Part shown: positions 26,287-35,916 of the stretch, piece after piece
Layout of the letters: each line of letters begins with the position of its first letter
Position numbering within the stretch: position 1 is the first letter of the stretch
Assembly (NCBI RefSeq): GCF_051859025.1
Contig: NZ_JBHYGL010000041.1
Location: forward strand, 76,960-140,959
Source: Falsiroseomonas sp.
GTDB lineage: Bacteria; Pseudomonadota; Alphaproteobacteria; Acetobacterales; Acetobacteraceae
Direction: 5' to 3'
Length of the DNA stretch: 64,000 nt
The notes under the pieces: model-generated
Databases searched by the model: none
What the model saw: only the letters and a program-made list of their open reading frames with translations
What the model was told of the DNA's origin: nothing
Made by a program: the position numbers and the translations under genes

Positions 26287-28641
26287 CTATTCGGCGGTTT
26301 CGGGTTCCTTCTCGGCCTCGCCGTCGCCGCTATCCTCGGGCTTCGGCAAGGCGGGCGGCGCGGCCTCGACATAGTCGAAGACCAGCACGCCATCCTTCAG
26401 GTTGACCTTCACCGAGCCGCCCTTCACCAGGCGGCCGAAGAGCAGTTCCTCCGCCAGGGGCTTCTTGATGACTTCCTGGATGACGCGGGCCAGCGGCCGC
26501 GCGCCATAGAGAGGCTCATAGCCACGTTCCGCCAGCCATTCGCGGGCGGCGCTGGACAGTTCGATCGTCACGTTGCGGTCGGCGAGCTGCGCCTCCAGCT
26601 GCATGACGAACTTGTCCACCACCCGGCCCACGATCTCCGGCGACAGCCCCGCGAAGGGGATGACGGCGTCGAGGCGGTTGCGGAATTCCGGCGTGAACAT
26701 GCGCTTGATGGCGTCCTCATCCTCGCCGAGGCGCACCGTGCGCTCGAACCCGATGGTGGGCTTGGCCATGTCGGCGGCGCCGGCATTGGTGGTCATGATG
26801 AGGATGACGTTGCGGAAATCGACGGTCTTGCCGTTGTGGTCCGTCAGCTTCCCGTGGTCCATCACCTGCAGCAGGATGTTGTAGAGGTCCTGGTGCGCCT
26901 TCTCGATCTCATCGAGCAGCAGCACGCAATGCGGGTGCTGGTCGATGCCGTCCGTCAGCAGGCCGCCCTGGTCGAAGCCCACATAGCCAGGCGGCGCGCC
27001 GATGAGGCGGGAGACGCTGTGGCGCTCCATGTATTCGGACATGTCGAAGCGGATCAGCTCGATGCCCAAGGTCTTGGACAGTTGCTTCGCCACTTCCGTC
27101 TTGCCGACGCCGGTCGGGCCGCTGAACAGGTAGTTGCCGATCGGCTTCTCCGCATCCCGCAGCCCGGCGCGGGACAGCTTGATGGCGGCGGAGAGCGCGT
27201 CGATCGCCTTGTCCTGGCCGAAGACCATCGACTTCAGGTCGCGCTCCAGCGTGCGGAGCGTTTCCTTGTCGTCGTTGGAGACGGTCTTGGGGGGGATGCG
27301 GGCGATCTTGGCGACAATCTCCTCCACATCCTTCAGCGTGACCGTCTTCCGGCGCTTGTTCTCCGGCAGCAGCATGCGCGAGGCACCGACTTCGTCGATC
27401 ACGTCGATCGCCTTGTCCGGCAGCTTCCGGTCATGGATGTACTTGGCCGAAAGCTCCACCGCCGCGCGGATGGCTTCCGGCGTGTAGCGGACCTTGTGGT
27501 GCTTCTCGTAGTTGGTCTTGAGGCCCTGGAGGATCTTGATCGCGTCCTCCAGCGTCGGCTCGTTCACGTCGATCTTCTGGAAGCGCCGCACCAAGGCGCG
27601 GTCCTTCTCGAAGTGCTGGCGGTATTCCTTGTAGGTGGTGCTGCCGATGCAGCGCAGCGTGCCCTGGGCAAGCGCGGGCTTGAGCAGGTTGGAGGCATCC
27701 ATCGCGCCGCCGCTGGTGGCGCCGGCGCCGATCACCGTGTGGATCTCGTCGATGAACAGGATGCTGCCGGGCTGCTGTTCGAGTTCGTTGACGACGGCCT
27801 TCAGCCGTTCCTCGAAATCGCCGCGGTAGCGGGTGCCGGCCAGCAAGGACCCCATGTCCAACGCGAAGATGGTGGATTTGGCCAGCACCTCGGGCACGTC
27901 GCCCTCGATGATGCGCTTGGCCAGGCCTTCCGCGATGGCGGTCTTGCCCACGCCAGGGTCGCCCACATACAGCGGGTTGTTCTTGGTGCGGCGGCAGAGG
28001 ATCTGGATCGTGCGCTCGATTTCCGAGTCGCGGCCGATCAGCGGGTCGATCTTCCCGGCCTGGGCCTTCTTGTTCAGGTTCACGCAGTAGTTGGTCAGCG
28101 CGTCCTGGCCACGGGGCGCACCGCCGCGCTGGGGCTTCTCCTCCTTCTCCGGGGTTTCCTCCGGGGTCTGGGGGGTGCCCTGCACGGGGCGGCTGGCGCT
28201 GCGGCCCGGGGCCTTGGCGATGCCGTGGCTGATGAAGTTCACGGCATCCAGGCGGGTCATGTCCTGCAGTTGCAGGAAATACACCGCATGGCTCTCCCGT
28301 TCGGAGAACAGGGCGACGAGGACATTGGCCCCCGTCACCTCATCCCGTCCGGAGGATTGCACATGGATCGCGGCGCGCTGCACGACGCGCTGGAAGCCCG
28401 CGGTCGGCTTCGCATCGCCGGCGCGGTCGGAGACGAGGCCGGCGAGGTCCTTGTCGAGGAACTCCGCCAGGTCGCGCTTCAGCTTGTCATTGTCGACGCC
28501 ACAGGCGCGCAGCACGGTGGCGGCGTCCGTATCATCGGCAAGGGCGAGGAGAAGGTGTTCGAGAGTCGCGTATTCGTGCCGGCGGTCATTGGCGAGGCCG
28601 AGGGCGCGGTGGAGCGTCTGCTCGAGGTTGCGGGACAGCAT
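26287..28641 (-). CDS. clpA: ATP-dependent Clp protease ATP-binding subunit ClpA
   Basis: 784 aa. Clp N-domain and two AAA+ modules ([19 protein letters not shown]). Downstream of clpS. Confidence 0.95.
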   Translation of the reverse strand: MLSRNLEQTLHRALGLANDRRHEYATLEHLLLALADDTDAATVLRACGVDNDKLKRDLAEFLDKDLAGLVSDRAGDAKPTAGFQRVVQRAAIHVQSSGRDEVTGANVLVALFSERESHAVYFLQLQDMTRLDAVNFISHGIAKAPGRSASRPVQGTPQTPEETPEKEEKPQRGGAPRGQDALTNYCVNLNKKAQAGKIDPLIGRDSEIERTIQILCRRTKNNPLYVGDPGVGKTAIAEGLAKRIIEGDVPEVLAKSTIFALDMGSLLAGTRYRGDFEERLKAVVNELEQQPGSILFIDEIHTVIGAGATSGGAMDASNLLKPALAQGTLRCIGSTTYKEYRQHFEKDRALVRRFQKIDVNEPTLEDAIKILQGLKTNYEKHHKVRYTPEAIRAAVELSAKYIHDRKLPDKAIDVIDEVGASRMLLPENKRRKTVTLKDVEEIVAKIARIPPKTVSNDDKETLRTLERDLKSMVFGQDKAIDALSAAIKLSRAGLRDAEKPIGNYLFSGPTGVGKTEVAKQLSKTLGIELIRFDMSEYMERHSVSRLIGAPPGYVGFDQGGLLTDGIDQHPHCVLLLDEIEKAHQDLYNILLQVMDHGKLTDHNGKTVDFRNVILIMTTNAGAADMAKPTIGFERTVRLGEDEDAIKRMFTPEFRNRLDAVIPFAGLSPEIVGRVVDKFVMQLEAQLADRNVTIELSSAAREWLAERGYEPLYGARPLARVIQEVIKKPLAEELLFGRLVKGGSVKVNLKDGVLVFDYVEAAPPALPKPEDSGDGEAEKEPETAE

Positions 28642-28800
28642 GGTCTGACGCTCCCTATCGGGTGGCCTGGGCGTTCAACGGAACGCCGCGGCGCGGGTTG
28701 CCCTCAATGTGGTCGCTCCCTCCTGCTTCGGACAGTCCCCCGCAGGCCGTTTTGCCCGGCCTTCCTTCCATCCGCCGCCTGAGCGAAGGCGGCGCCACGA

Positions 28801-29142
28801 TCATTCTTTTTCGATCGTGCACTGGAGCGGGTGCTGATTCTGCCGCGCGAGATCCATGACCTGGGTGACCTTCGTCTCGGCCACCTCATAGGTATAGACG
28901 CCGCAGACGCCGACGCCGCGGCGGTGGACGTGCAGCATGATGCGCGTCGCCTCCTCCCGGCTTTTCTGGAAGAAGCGTTCGAGGACATGCACGACGAATT
29001 CCATCGGCGTGTAGTCGTCGTTCAGCATCAGCACCTTGTACATGGAGGGCTTGCGGGTTCGCGGCCGTGCCTTGACCACCACCCCGGTGGTCGGCCCGTC
29101 TGCCCCGTTGCCCTGTCCTGGGCGCTTGTCGCTGTCGCTCAT
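28801..29142 (-). CDS. clpS: ATP-dependent Clp protease adapter ClpS
   Basis: 113 aa. Conserved core [24 protein letters not shown]...[25 protein letters not shown]. Confidence 0.95.
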   Translation of the reverse strand: MSDSDKRPGQGNGADGPTTGVVVKARPRTRKPSMYKVLMLNDDYTPMEFVVHVLERFFQKSREEATRIMLHVHRRGVGVCGVYTYEVAETKVTQVMDLARQNQHPLQCTIEKE

Positions 29143-29340
29143 GCCTGCCTTGGTTGCCTGCCGGGGAGTGAACGCCCGGTCATCGTCCCGCGTCGTCGTC
29201 CTGCATAGGATATCGGAGCGAGGGGCCGGGAGTGAAGGGCTTGACGAAATTCTCCCGCAGAAGAACCCCGCCGGGGTTTACCGCCCGTTAGCCCGGGCCG
29301 GATTCCCTCGCTGCCGTGAGCTTAGGCCGGATTTTTCCGG

Positions 29341-29414
29341 CCCGAAACGCAAAAGGCCCGCCGCGGTGCCCGCCCGCCCCCGGAAAGGGGTTGGTCGCAG
29401 GCACCGGGCGGGCC
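29341..29414 (-). terminator. Candidate terminator after the phasin gene
   Basis: 15-bp stem with one bulge (29355-29370 / 29400-29414). Followed on the minus strand by TTTTGCGTTT. Sits 50 nt after the stop at 29464. Confidence 0.5.
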
Positions 29415-29463
29415 AATTGGCGCGAGGGAGGGGGGGCTTGTCCACCCCCCGCCACCCCGGGTC

Positions 29464-29985
29464 TCAGGCCGCGAGCGGCTTGGCCATCTTCTCGACGGCC
29501 AGCGTCATGCGCGCGGCGAGCGGCGCGGAAGCCTGCTCGGCCAGGCGATAGGCGGCTTCCTGCAGCTTCGTCGCCTCGCTCATCGTGCGCTCCATGGACG
29601 CCTTGGCGAAGGCGGCCTGGATGTCGGCGGCTTCCTTGAGGGACTTCACGGCGGCGAGCGCCTTGGCGCTTTCCAGCGCATGGTCCGTCAGGGCCTGGGA
29701 GACGGCGAAATACTGCTTGCCGAGGTCCTGGAAGCCGACCGTCAGGGTCTGCGTGGCCTTGGTGAAGGCCTCCAGATTGCCGCGGCCGAACTCAGCGGCC
29801 TCCTCGGCGGCCTTGAAGAAACCCTCGGCCGACTTCGTCGCCTGTTCCATGCCCTTCTCCATTGCAGCGCGCGCCTGGGTGGCGCCATTGTCGATGATCT
29901 TCTTGGTCTGCGCGGCGCCCTGCGTCGCGGCATTCTCGACCAGCGCGATGTTGCGCTTGGCTTCGGTCTTCGGCTCATTGGCCAT
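29464..29985 (-). CDS. Phasin family protein (PHA granule-associated)
   Basis: 173 aa from MANEPKTEAKRNIALVENA. Ala/Glu/Lys-rich helical repeats typical of alphaproteobacterial phasins (NLEAFTKATQTL..., AAVKSLKEAADIQAAF). Confidence 0.85.
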   Translation of the reverse strand: MANEPKTEAKRNIALVENAATQGAAQTKKIIDNGATQARAAMEKGMEQATKSAEGFFKAAEEAAEFGRGNLEAFTKATQTLTVGFQDLGKQYFAVSQALTDHALESAKALAAVKSLKEAADIQAAFAKASMERTMSEATKLQEAAYRLAEQASAPLAARMTLAVEKMAKPLAA

Positions 29986-30058
29986 GGGGGTCATCCTCAA
30001 GCTTGGTTCGCCGGCGCCCGGCGCGGCGGGAGCCCGCTACCCGGCCCCAAGGGGTTTT

Positions 30059-30071
30059 GCTGCGATGCAGC
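30059..30071. promoter_or_regulatory. Candidate PhaR operator (CTGC-N3-GCAG palindrome) upstream of the phasin gene
   Basis: Perfect palindrome gCTGCgatGCAGc, 74-86 nt upstream of the phasin ATG. A second TGC-rich box, ttgcagtgcagcaa, is at 30117-30130. PhaR of Rhodobacter sphaeroides is reported to bind CTGC-N3-GCAG. Confidence 0.35.
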
Positions 30072-30335
30072 ACGAACCCTATGTGCCCATGCTCGCATTC
30101 CGATGCAAGCAGAATTTTGCAGTGCAGCAATTTCGGTGAGTGGAAATCGACCAAGCCCATCATCGGCCCGCCGGTACAACCGCGCGGGCGGATGCGGATC
30201 CGCTGCAAGGCAAGGCGTTAAGCCATTGCTGTTACGCCATGTTCCACAAACGCCCCCGTGGACAGAAGCGGTCTTTCTTCCTTAGGTTGCTGCGGGTGGT
30301 GGTGCACGGGGGGTGTGCCACCAGGGGGACTATGC

Positions 30336-31568
30336 ATGCGTTTTCGGCTCGGGACCTGCGCGGGACTCGTCGGCCTTGCCCTGTCCGTCCTGGGCCCTGC
30401 CCCGGCGGCCCAGGCACAGATCGGCAGCGACCGCTATTCCGCCATCGTGGTCGACAACCGCACCGGCGCCATGCTGGTCGGCGCCAGTCCGGATGAGACG
30501 CGGCACCCCGCGTCGCTCACCAAGATGATGACCCTCTACATGGTGTTCGAGGCGCTGGGCGAAGGGCGCCTGACCCTGACCTCCGCCGTGCCGATCTCGG
30601 AGGAAGCGGCCTCCCGCCCCCCCTCCAAGCTCGGCTTCCCGCCGGGGCAGAGCCTGACGGTAGAGCAGGCCATCATGGCGCTGGTCACCAAATCGGCGAA
30701 TGACGTGGCGGCGGCGGTGGGCGAAAGGCTCGGCGGTTCCGAGGAACGCTTCGCCCAGATGATGACCATGCGCGCCCGGTCGCTCGGCATGGCGCGCACC
30801 ACCTTCCGCAACGCCTCCGGCCTGCCGGACCGCGACCAGGTGACGACGGCGCGGGACATGGCGACGCTCGGCCGCCGGCTGATCCAGGATTTCCCGGACC
30901 GCTACCATTATTTCGGCATGCAGCACGCCCAGTTCCGCGGCCTGCGCCTGCGCAACCACAACCGCATGCTCGGCGAGTATGAGGGCGTGGACGGCATCAA
31001 GACCGGCTATATCCGCGACAGCGGCTTCAACATCGTCACCAGCGCCAGCCGCGGCGGCCAGCGCGTGGTGGGCGCCGTCTTCGGCGGCAATTCCTGGGTG
31101 GAGCGGGACCAGCACATGGCCGCGCTGCTCGACCAGTCCTTCACCAGCATGGGCGTCACGCCCCGCCCGGTGATGGTGCGGGCGACGACGGGCGTGGTGC
31201 GCAGCGCGGATGCCGCGCCGGCACCCCGCCCCCGCCCCCAGGCGGCGCAGACGGCATCCCGCCAGCAACCCGCGGCCCGGAACACGACAGCCGCCCAGGC
31301 CCAGCGCACCCCGCCGCGGCCCAATGCGGCGCCGCGCGCCGCCACCACGGCCCGCGCCACCACACCGCCGCGGGCAACGACCCCGGTTCGGGCAACCACT
31401 CCAGTTCGGGCAGCCACCCCGGCACGGGCAACCCCGGCCGCCACCACCCGCCAGGCGCCAAGCCCGGCGGCGGCGACGCCGACGCGCAGCACCACCAACC
31501 GCAGCGTGCCCATCCCGAATTCGCCGCCCCAGCCCGCGCCCCGCATCCGTACGGCCGAGGCGCGCTGA
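30336..31568 (+). CDS. D-alanyl-D-alanine carboxypeptidase (serine peptidase S11, PBP5/6-like) with Pro/Ala/Thr-rich tail
   Basis: Start at MRFRLGTCAGLVGLALSVLGPAPAAQA (ATG 30336). Active-site motifs SLTK, SAN (VTKSAND) and KTG (GIKTGY). Confidence 0.9.
   Translation: MRFRLGTCAGLVGLALSVLGPAPAAQAQIGSDRYSAIVVDNRTGAMLVGASPDETRHPASLTKMMTLYMVFEALGEGRLTLTSAVPISEEAASRPPSKLGFPPGQSLTVEQAIMALVTKSANDVAAAVGERLGGSEERFAQMMTMRARSLGMARTTFRNASGLPDRDQVTTARDMATLGRRLIQDFPDRYHYFGMQHAQFRGLRLRNHNRMLGEYEGVDGIKTGYIRDSGFNIVTSASRGGQRVVGAVFGGNSWVERDQHMAALLDQSFTSMGVTPRPVMVRATTGVVRSADAAPAPRPRPQAAQTASRQQPAARNTTAAQAQRTPPRPNAAPRAATTARATTPPRATTPVRATTPVRAATPARATPAATTRQAPSPAAATPTRSTTNRSVPIPNSPPQPAPRIRTAEAR
31356..31427 (+). 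repeat. Four tandem 18-nt (6-aa) units inside the carboxypeptidase tail
   Basis: Units gccaccacaccgccgcgg / gcaacgaccccggttcgg / gcaaccactccagttcgg / gcagccaccccggcacgg, encoding ATTPPR, ATTPVR, ATTPVR, AATPAR. Degenerate copies flank them. Confidence 0.8.
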
Positions 31569-31629
31569 AGCACCATCCCCCGGGCCGCGGCGATCACGCC
31601 CGCGGCCCGGTCCACGCCCGAAGCGGCGG

Positions 31630-32739
31630 CTAAGCCATCCCGCCCCGCGCCGCGATGGGCCAGAGGCATTCGACCCGCCCCTTCCGCACGCCGACATACC
31701 AGTCGTAGCGATCGACCGTCGGGTCGCAATGCCCGGGGACCAGGCGCAGCTTCTCCCCCAGCTTCGGCGCCAGCGCCGGATCGGTCGCGGTGATGTTGCC
31801 GTGTTCGTCGGAGGCGCCGGTATAGGCCAGCCCCGGCCGCCCATGGACCAGCGGCAGCCCTGAATCCACCGCGACCGCCTTGTGCCCGGCATCCAGCACG
31901 GCGAAGCCAGGCCGCGGCGCGCTCATCACCTCCGCCAGCACGAACAGGGAGTGGCGGAAGGGCGGCGGGTCCTCGTTCCGGCCGTAGTCGGCATCCATGA
32001 AGGCGTAGGAGCCCGCCTGGATCTCGTTCCAGATGCCCGATGCCGCTTCGTGCTGGAAGGTGCCGGTACCGGCGCCGCCCACGATGGCGCATTCCAGGCC
32101 CCGCTGGCGCAGTTGCTCGACCGTGCGGCGCGTGCCCTCCGCGGCGGAAGCGATGGCGTCGCGGCGCTGTTCGGGCGTGCGGCGGTGCTGGGCGTTGCCG
32201 TGGTAGGATTGCAGGCCGCCGAAAATCAGGTGTGGGCTGGCGGCGATCCGCTCCGCCAGCGCCACCGCTTCCGGCCCCGGCTGCACGCCGCAGCGGCCGG
32301 CGCCGCAATCGATCTCCACCAGCACGGTCATGCGGAGGCCGGCGTGTTCCGCCGCGGCCTCGATGGCGGCGATACCCGCCAAGTCATCGGCGCAGACGGC
32401 GACCTTCGCGATGCCGGACAGCGCGGCCAGGCGCGCCAGCTTGCGGGGTGCGATGACCTCGTTGCTCACCAGGATGTCGGGCACGCCGCCCCAGGCCAGG
32501 GCCTCGGCCTCCGCCACCTTCTGCACGCACTGGCCGACGGCGCCGCGCCGCATCTGCTGCAACGCGACGATGGGGGATTTGTGCGTCTTGGCGTGGGCGC
32601 GCAGCCGGGTGCCGGTGGGGGCCAGAAGTGCCGCCATGGTGTCGAGGTTGTGTTCGAAGGCGTCGAGGTCGAGCACCAGCGCGGGGGTGTCGATATCCTC
32701 CTCGCGCATGCCGGGCTCGGCGGGGGGGTGCTGCAGCAT
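31630..32739 (-). CDS. DSD1-family PLP enzyme (D-threonine aldolase / D-serine dehydratase-like)
   Basis: 369 aa. Alanine-racemase-like N-terminal barrel with PLP lysine in RAHAKTHKSP. C-terminal D-serine-dehydratase-like domain (VPGHCDPT). Confidence 0.8.
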   Translation of the reverse strand: MLQHPPAEPGMREEDIDTPALVLDLDAFEHNLDTMAALLAPTGTRLRAHAKTHKSPIVALQQMRRGAVGQCVQKVAEAEALAWGGVPDILVSNEVIAPRKLARLAALSGIAKVAVCADDLAGIAAIEAAAEHAGLRMTVLVEIDCGAGRCGVQPGPEAVALAERIAASPHLIFGGLQSYHGNAQHRRTPEQRRDAIASAAEGTRRTVEQLRQRGLECAIVGGAGTGTFQHEAASGIWNEIQAGSYAFMDADYGRNEDPPPFRHSLFVLAEVMSAPRPGFAVLDAGHKAVAVDSGLPLVHGRPGLAYTGASDEHGNITATDPALAPKLGEKLRLVPGHCDPTVDRYDWYVGVRKGRVECLWPIAARGGMA

Positions 32740-32754
32740 GGTGTTTCCTATTCT

Positions 32755-33891
32755 TCAGGCAGGGATGGAGGCGGTCAGCGCGTCCATGATGGGGTCGAGT
32801 TCGCGGTCGTCGTTGTAGCCGTGGAAGCTGATGCGGATGCGACCGCGGCCATTCCAGGCCAGCACGCCGCGCGTGGCCATCGCCTCCACGATCGCGCCCG
32901 CGCGGTCATGCGCGATGCAGACGCTGGCGCCGTGGTGCAGCGGGTCGGGCGGGGTGATGGAGGCGATGCCGGCCGCATCGAGGCGGGCGAGCAGCCCCAC
33001 GGTCAGCCGCTGCACATGCCGCTGCACCACGCCCTGCGGAATGGCTTCGAGGAAATCGAGCGCGGCGTGCAGCGCATAGGCTGGCGCGTGCGCCGGGTTG
33101 CCGCGCGTGAAGCGCCCGCCATCGGGGCGCAGCGCGATGGGCGCAGCGTAGTCTGGCCTCGGCCCCGTGACGATGGAATACCACCCCGCCGTCGCCGGCG
33201 CCCAGCCCGGCTGCCGCGCCCGGTTCCAATAGGCCACGGCCAGTCCCGTCAGCCCCAGCATCCATTTGTAGCAGGCGGAGAAGGCGAAATCGGCGACCGA
33301 GGCCTCGATCGGCATCCAGCCATTGGCCTGGGTGAAATCCACCACCAGCATCGCGCCCGACGCATCCGCCACCCGGCGCAGCGCCACCAGATCATGCCGC
33401 CGCGCATCGAGGTAGGAGACGGCGGACACCGCGATCATCCGCACGCGCCCTGTCGCCGCCGCTTCCACCGCATCCGGGTCCGCCATCGGCACGAAGCGCA
33501 GTTCCACGCCCTTCCGCATGGCGAGTGGCACAACCACGCTCGCGTATTCGTTGCGGTCGACCAGCACGACATCGCCGGGTTGCCAGTCCAGGCTCTCCAC
33601 CAGCATGGACATGCCCTCGGCGACGGAGGAAACGAGGCCGATGCCCTCGGCCTCCACCTTCCACCAGGCGCCGAGGCGCGCGCGCAGGCGCTCCACCTCC
33701 CCGTCCAGCCGTGCGCGGCCGGCGGGGCCTTCGGATTTGTCCGTGGCGTGGCGGTCCAGCGCCGGGCCTTGGGCGTGCAGCACCGGTGTCTCCCCAGCCG
33801 CGCAGGCATGGATCACGCCGCGCGGAATGCGGAAGGCAGCGGGGTCGAACAGCGGCACTGGCGGGCCCTCGGGGTTGCGCTCGGCGGCCAT
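32755..33891 (-). CDS. Aminotransferase class V-fold PLP-dependent enzyme
   Basis: 378 aa from MAAERNPEGPPV (ATG 33891). Cysteine-desulfurase/epimerase-like pattern (VDFTQANG..., AFSACYKWMLG with the PLP lysine). Confidence 0.8.
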   Translation of the reverse strand: MAAERNPEGPPVPLFDPAAFRIPRGVIHACAAGETPVLHAQGPALDRHATDKSEGPAGRARLDGEVERLRARLGAWWKVEAEGIGLVSSVAEGMSMLVESLDWQPGDVVLVDRNEYASVVVPLAMRKGVELRFVPMADPDAVEAAATGRVRMIAVSAVSYLDARRHDLVALRRVADASGAMLVVDFTQANGWMPIEASVADFAFSACYKWMLGLTGLAVAYWNRARQPGWAPATAGWYSIVTGPRPDYAAPIALRPDGGRFTRGNPAHAPAYALHAALDFLEAIPQGVVQRHVQRLTVGLLARLDAAGIASITPPDPLHHGASVCIAHDRAGAIVEAMATRGVLAWNGRGRIRISFHGYNDDRELDPIMDALTASIPA

Positions 33892-33925
33892 GCTGGCACG
33901 CTCCGCGCGGAGGAGACAGACCGGC

Positions 33926-35092
33926 ATGGATTTTCAGCTCTCGGCCGAGCAGGAGGCGCTGCGGGAGGCCATCGGCCGCATCTGCGCCCGTTTCGGCGAT
34001 GACTACTGGCTGGCGAAGGATCGCGCCCACAGCTTCCCGCATGAATTCCACCAGGCGCTGGCGGCCGATGGGTGGCTTGGCATCTGCATGCCGGAAGCGG
34101 TCGGCGGCGCGGGACTCGGCGTGACGGAAGCGGCCGTGATGATGCAGGAGATCGCGCAGAGCGGTGCGGCGATGTCCGGTGCCTCCGCCGTGCATATGAA
34201 CATCTTCGGCCCGATGCCGGTGGTGGTGCATGGCACGGATGAACAGAAGGCCCGCATGCTGCCGCCGCTAATCGCGGGGCGGGAACGCGCCTGCTTCGCG
34301 GTGACCGAACCCAACACGGGCCTCGACACCACGCAGCTTCGCACGACGGCGGAGCGCCGGGGCGACCGCTACATCGTCACCGGCCAGAAGGTCTGGATCA
34401 GCACCGCGCAGGTCGCCGACCGCATGCTGATCCTGGCGCGCACCACGCCGCTGGACCAGGTGAAGAAGCGGTCCGAGGGCCTGTCCCTGTTCTACACGAA
34501 GCTGGATCGCTCACGCGTGGAGGTGCGGGAGATTCCCAAGATGGGCCGCCACGCCGTCGATTCGAACCAGCTCTTCATCGACGGGCTGGAAGTGCCGGAG
34601 GAGGACCGGATCGGGGAGGAGGGGAAGGGCTTCGACTACATCCTGCACGGCCTCAATCCCGAACGCATCCTGGTTGCGGCGGAGGCTGTCGGCATCGGCT
34701 TCGCCGCCATCGCGCGCGCCAGCCAGTATGCGAAGGAACGCGTGGTCTTCGGCCGGCCCATCGGCCAGAACCAGGCGATCCAGCATCCCCTCGCCGCCTG
34801 CTGGATGCAGTTGGAAGCGGCGCGGCTGATGGTGATGCAGGCGGCCTGGCGCTACGACCAGGGCATGCCCTGCGGGGCGGAGGCCAATGCCGCGAAATAC
34901 CTGGCGGGCGAGGCAGGATTCAACGCCTGCCAGCAGGCGGTGATGACCTTGGGCGGCTATGGCTACGCCCAGGAATACCATCTGGAACGCCTGCTGCGCG
35001 AAAGCTTCATCCCGCGCATCGCGCCGGTCAGCCCGCAGCTGGTGCTGTGCTACATCGCCGAGCGCGAGCTCGGACTGCCGAGGAGTTACTGA
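33926..35092 (+). CDS. Acyl-CoA dehydrogenase family protein
   Basis: 388 aa from MDFQLSAEQEALREAI (ATG 33926). ACAD N-terminal, middle and C-terminal patterns (CFAVTEPNTGLD, GQKVWIS, LGGYGYAQEYHLERLLR). Confidence 0.9.
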   Translation: MDFQLSAEQEALREAIGRICARFGDDYWLAKDRAHSFPHEFHQALAADGWLGICMPEAVGGAGLGVTEAAVMMQEIAQSGAAMSGASAVHMNIFGPMPVVVHGTDEQKARMLPPLIAGRERACFAVTEPNTGLDTTQLRTTAERRGDRYIVTGQKVWISTAQVADRMLILARTTPLDQVKKRSEGLSLFYTKLDRSRVEVREIPKMGRHAVDSNQLFIDGLEVPEEDRIGEEGKGFDYILHGLNPERILVAAEAVGIGFAAIARASQYAKERVVFGRPIGQNQAIQHPLAACWMQLEAARLMVMQAAWRYDQGMPCGAEANAAKYLAGEAGFNACQQAVMTLGGYGYAQEYHLERLLRESFIPRIAPVSPQLVLCYIAERELGLPRSY

Positions 35093-35916
35093 TGGAGTTC
35101 CTGGATCGCCTCGATGCCAGCGCGACGCGGCGGGAAACGCCCTGCGGCGATGGCAAGATGGTCTGGCGCTGCTGGAACGAAGGCGCGGGTCGGCCGCTGG
35201 TGCTGCTGCATGGCGGCAGCGGGTCCTGGCTGCACTGGACGCGGCAGATCGAGCCCTTCGCCGCCACGCGCGCCGTGATGGTGCCGGACCTGCCGGGCCT
35301 GGGGGAGAGCGCCAACCCGCCTGGCGAGCATTCGCCGGGCAATGTCGCCGCCGTCGTGACGGAAGGGCTTCGGCAGCTGGTGCCGGCGACGGAAAGCGTG
35401 GACCTCGCCGGCTTCTCCTTCGGCGCCAACATCGCGGGGCATGTGGCGGCGCTGCTGGCGCCAAGGCTGCGCAGCGTGACGATCCTCGGCGCAGGTTCCA
35501 TGGGCACGCCGCGCCATCCCGTGCCACTCATGAAGGTGCGGGACAAGGAGGGGCAGGCGCGGGTGGAGGCGCATCGCCACAACCTCGGCTCCATGATGAT
35601 CGCGGACAGCGCGAAGATCGACGACATGGCCCTGGCCATCCAGGAACGCGCCTTCATCAATTCGCGCCTCCGCAGCCGGCCCTTCGCGACCGCCACCATG
35701 CTGTCCGATGCGCTGGCGCGCGCAGAGGGCGTGCCGGTCAACGCGATCTGGGGGGATCGCGACCAGGTGGCGATGCCGGACATCTCTCTGCGCACCGATG
35801 CGCTGCGCCGCGCCCGGCCCGATGCGCGCCTCGCGCTGGTCCCCGGCGCCGGCCATTGGGTGGCCTATGAGGCGGCGGACCAGGTCAACGCGCTGTTCCG
35901 GGAATGGCTGGCATGA
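35092..35916 (+). CDS. Alpha/beta hydrolase
   Basis: 274 aa from MEFLDRL, with ATGA overlap with the ACAD stop. HGG motif LVLLHGGSGS. Nucleophile elbow GFSFG. Asp in GDRD and His in GAGHW. Confidence 0.85.
   Translation: MEFLDRLDASATRRETPCGDGKMVWRCWNEGAGRPLVLLHGGSGSWLHWTRQIEPFAATRAVMVPDLPGLGESANPPGEHSPGNVAAVVTEGLRQLVPATESVDLAGFSFGANIAGHVAALLAPRLRSVTILGAGSMGTPRHPVPLMKVRDKEGQARVEAHRHNLGSMMIADSAKIDDMALAIQERAFINSRLRSRPFATATMLSDALARAEGVPVNAIWGDRDQVAMPDISLRTDALRRARPDARLALVPGAGHWVAYEAADQVNALFREWLA

Noticed and set aside
26836-28782. 648-aa plus-strand ORF opposite clpA. Similar antisense giants are at 47564..49657, 31882..34002, 21495..23315 and 42232..43746.
   Set aside because: All are antisense to genes with strong family signatures (clpA, the spermidine-synthase fusion, PLP enzymes, MFS, murA). 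All share the low-complexity composition of GC-rich non-coding frames.
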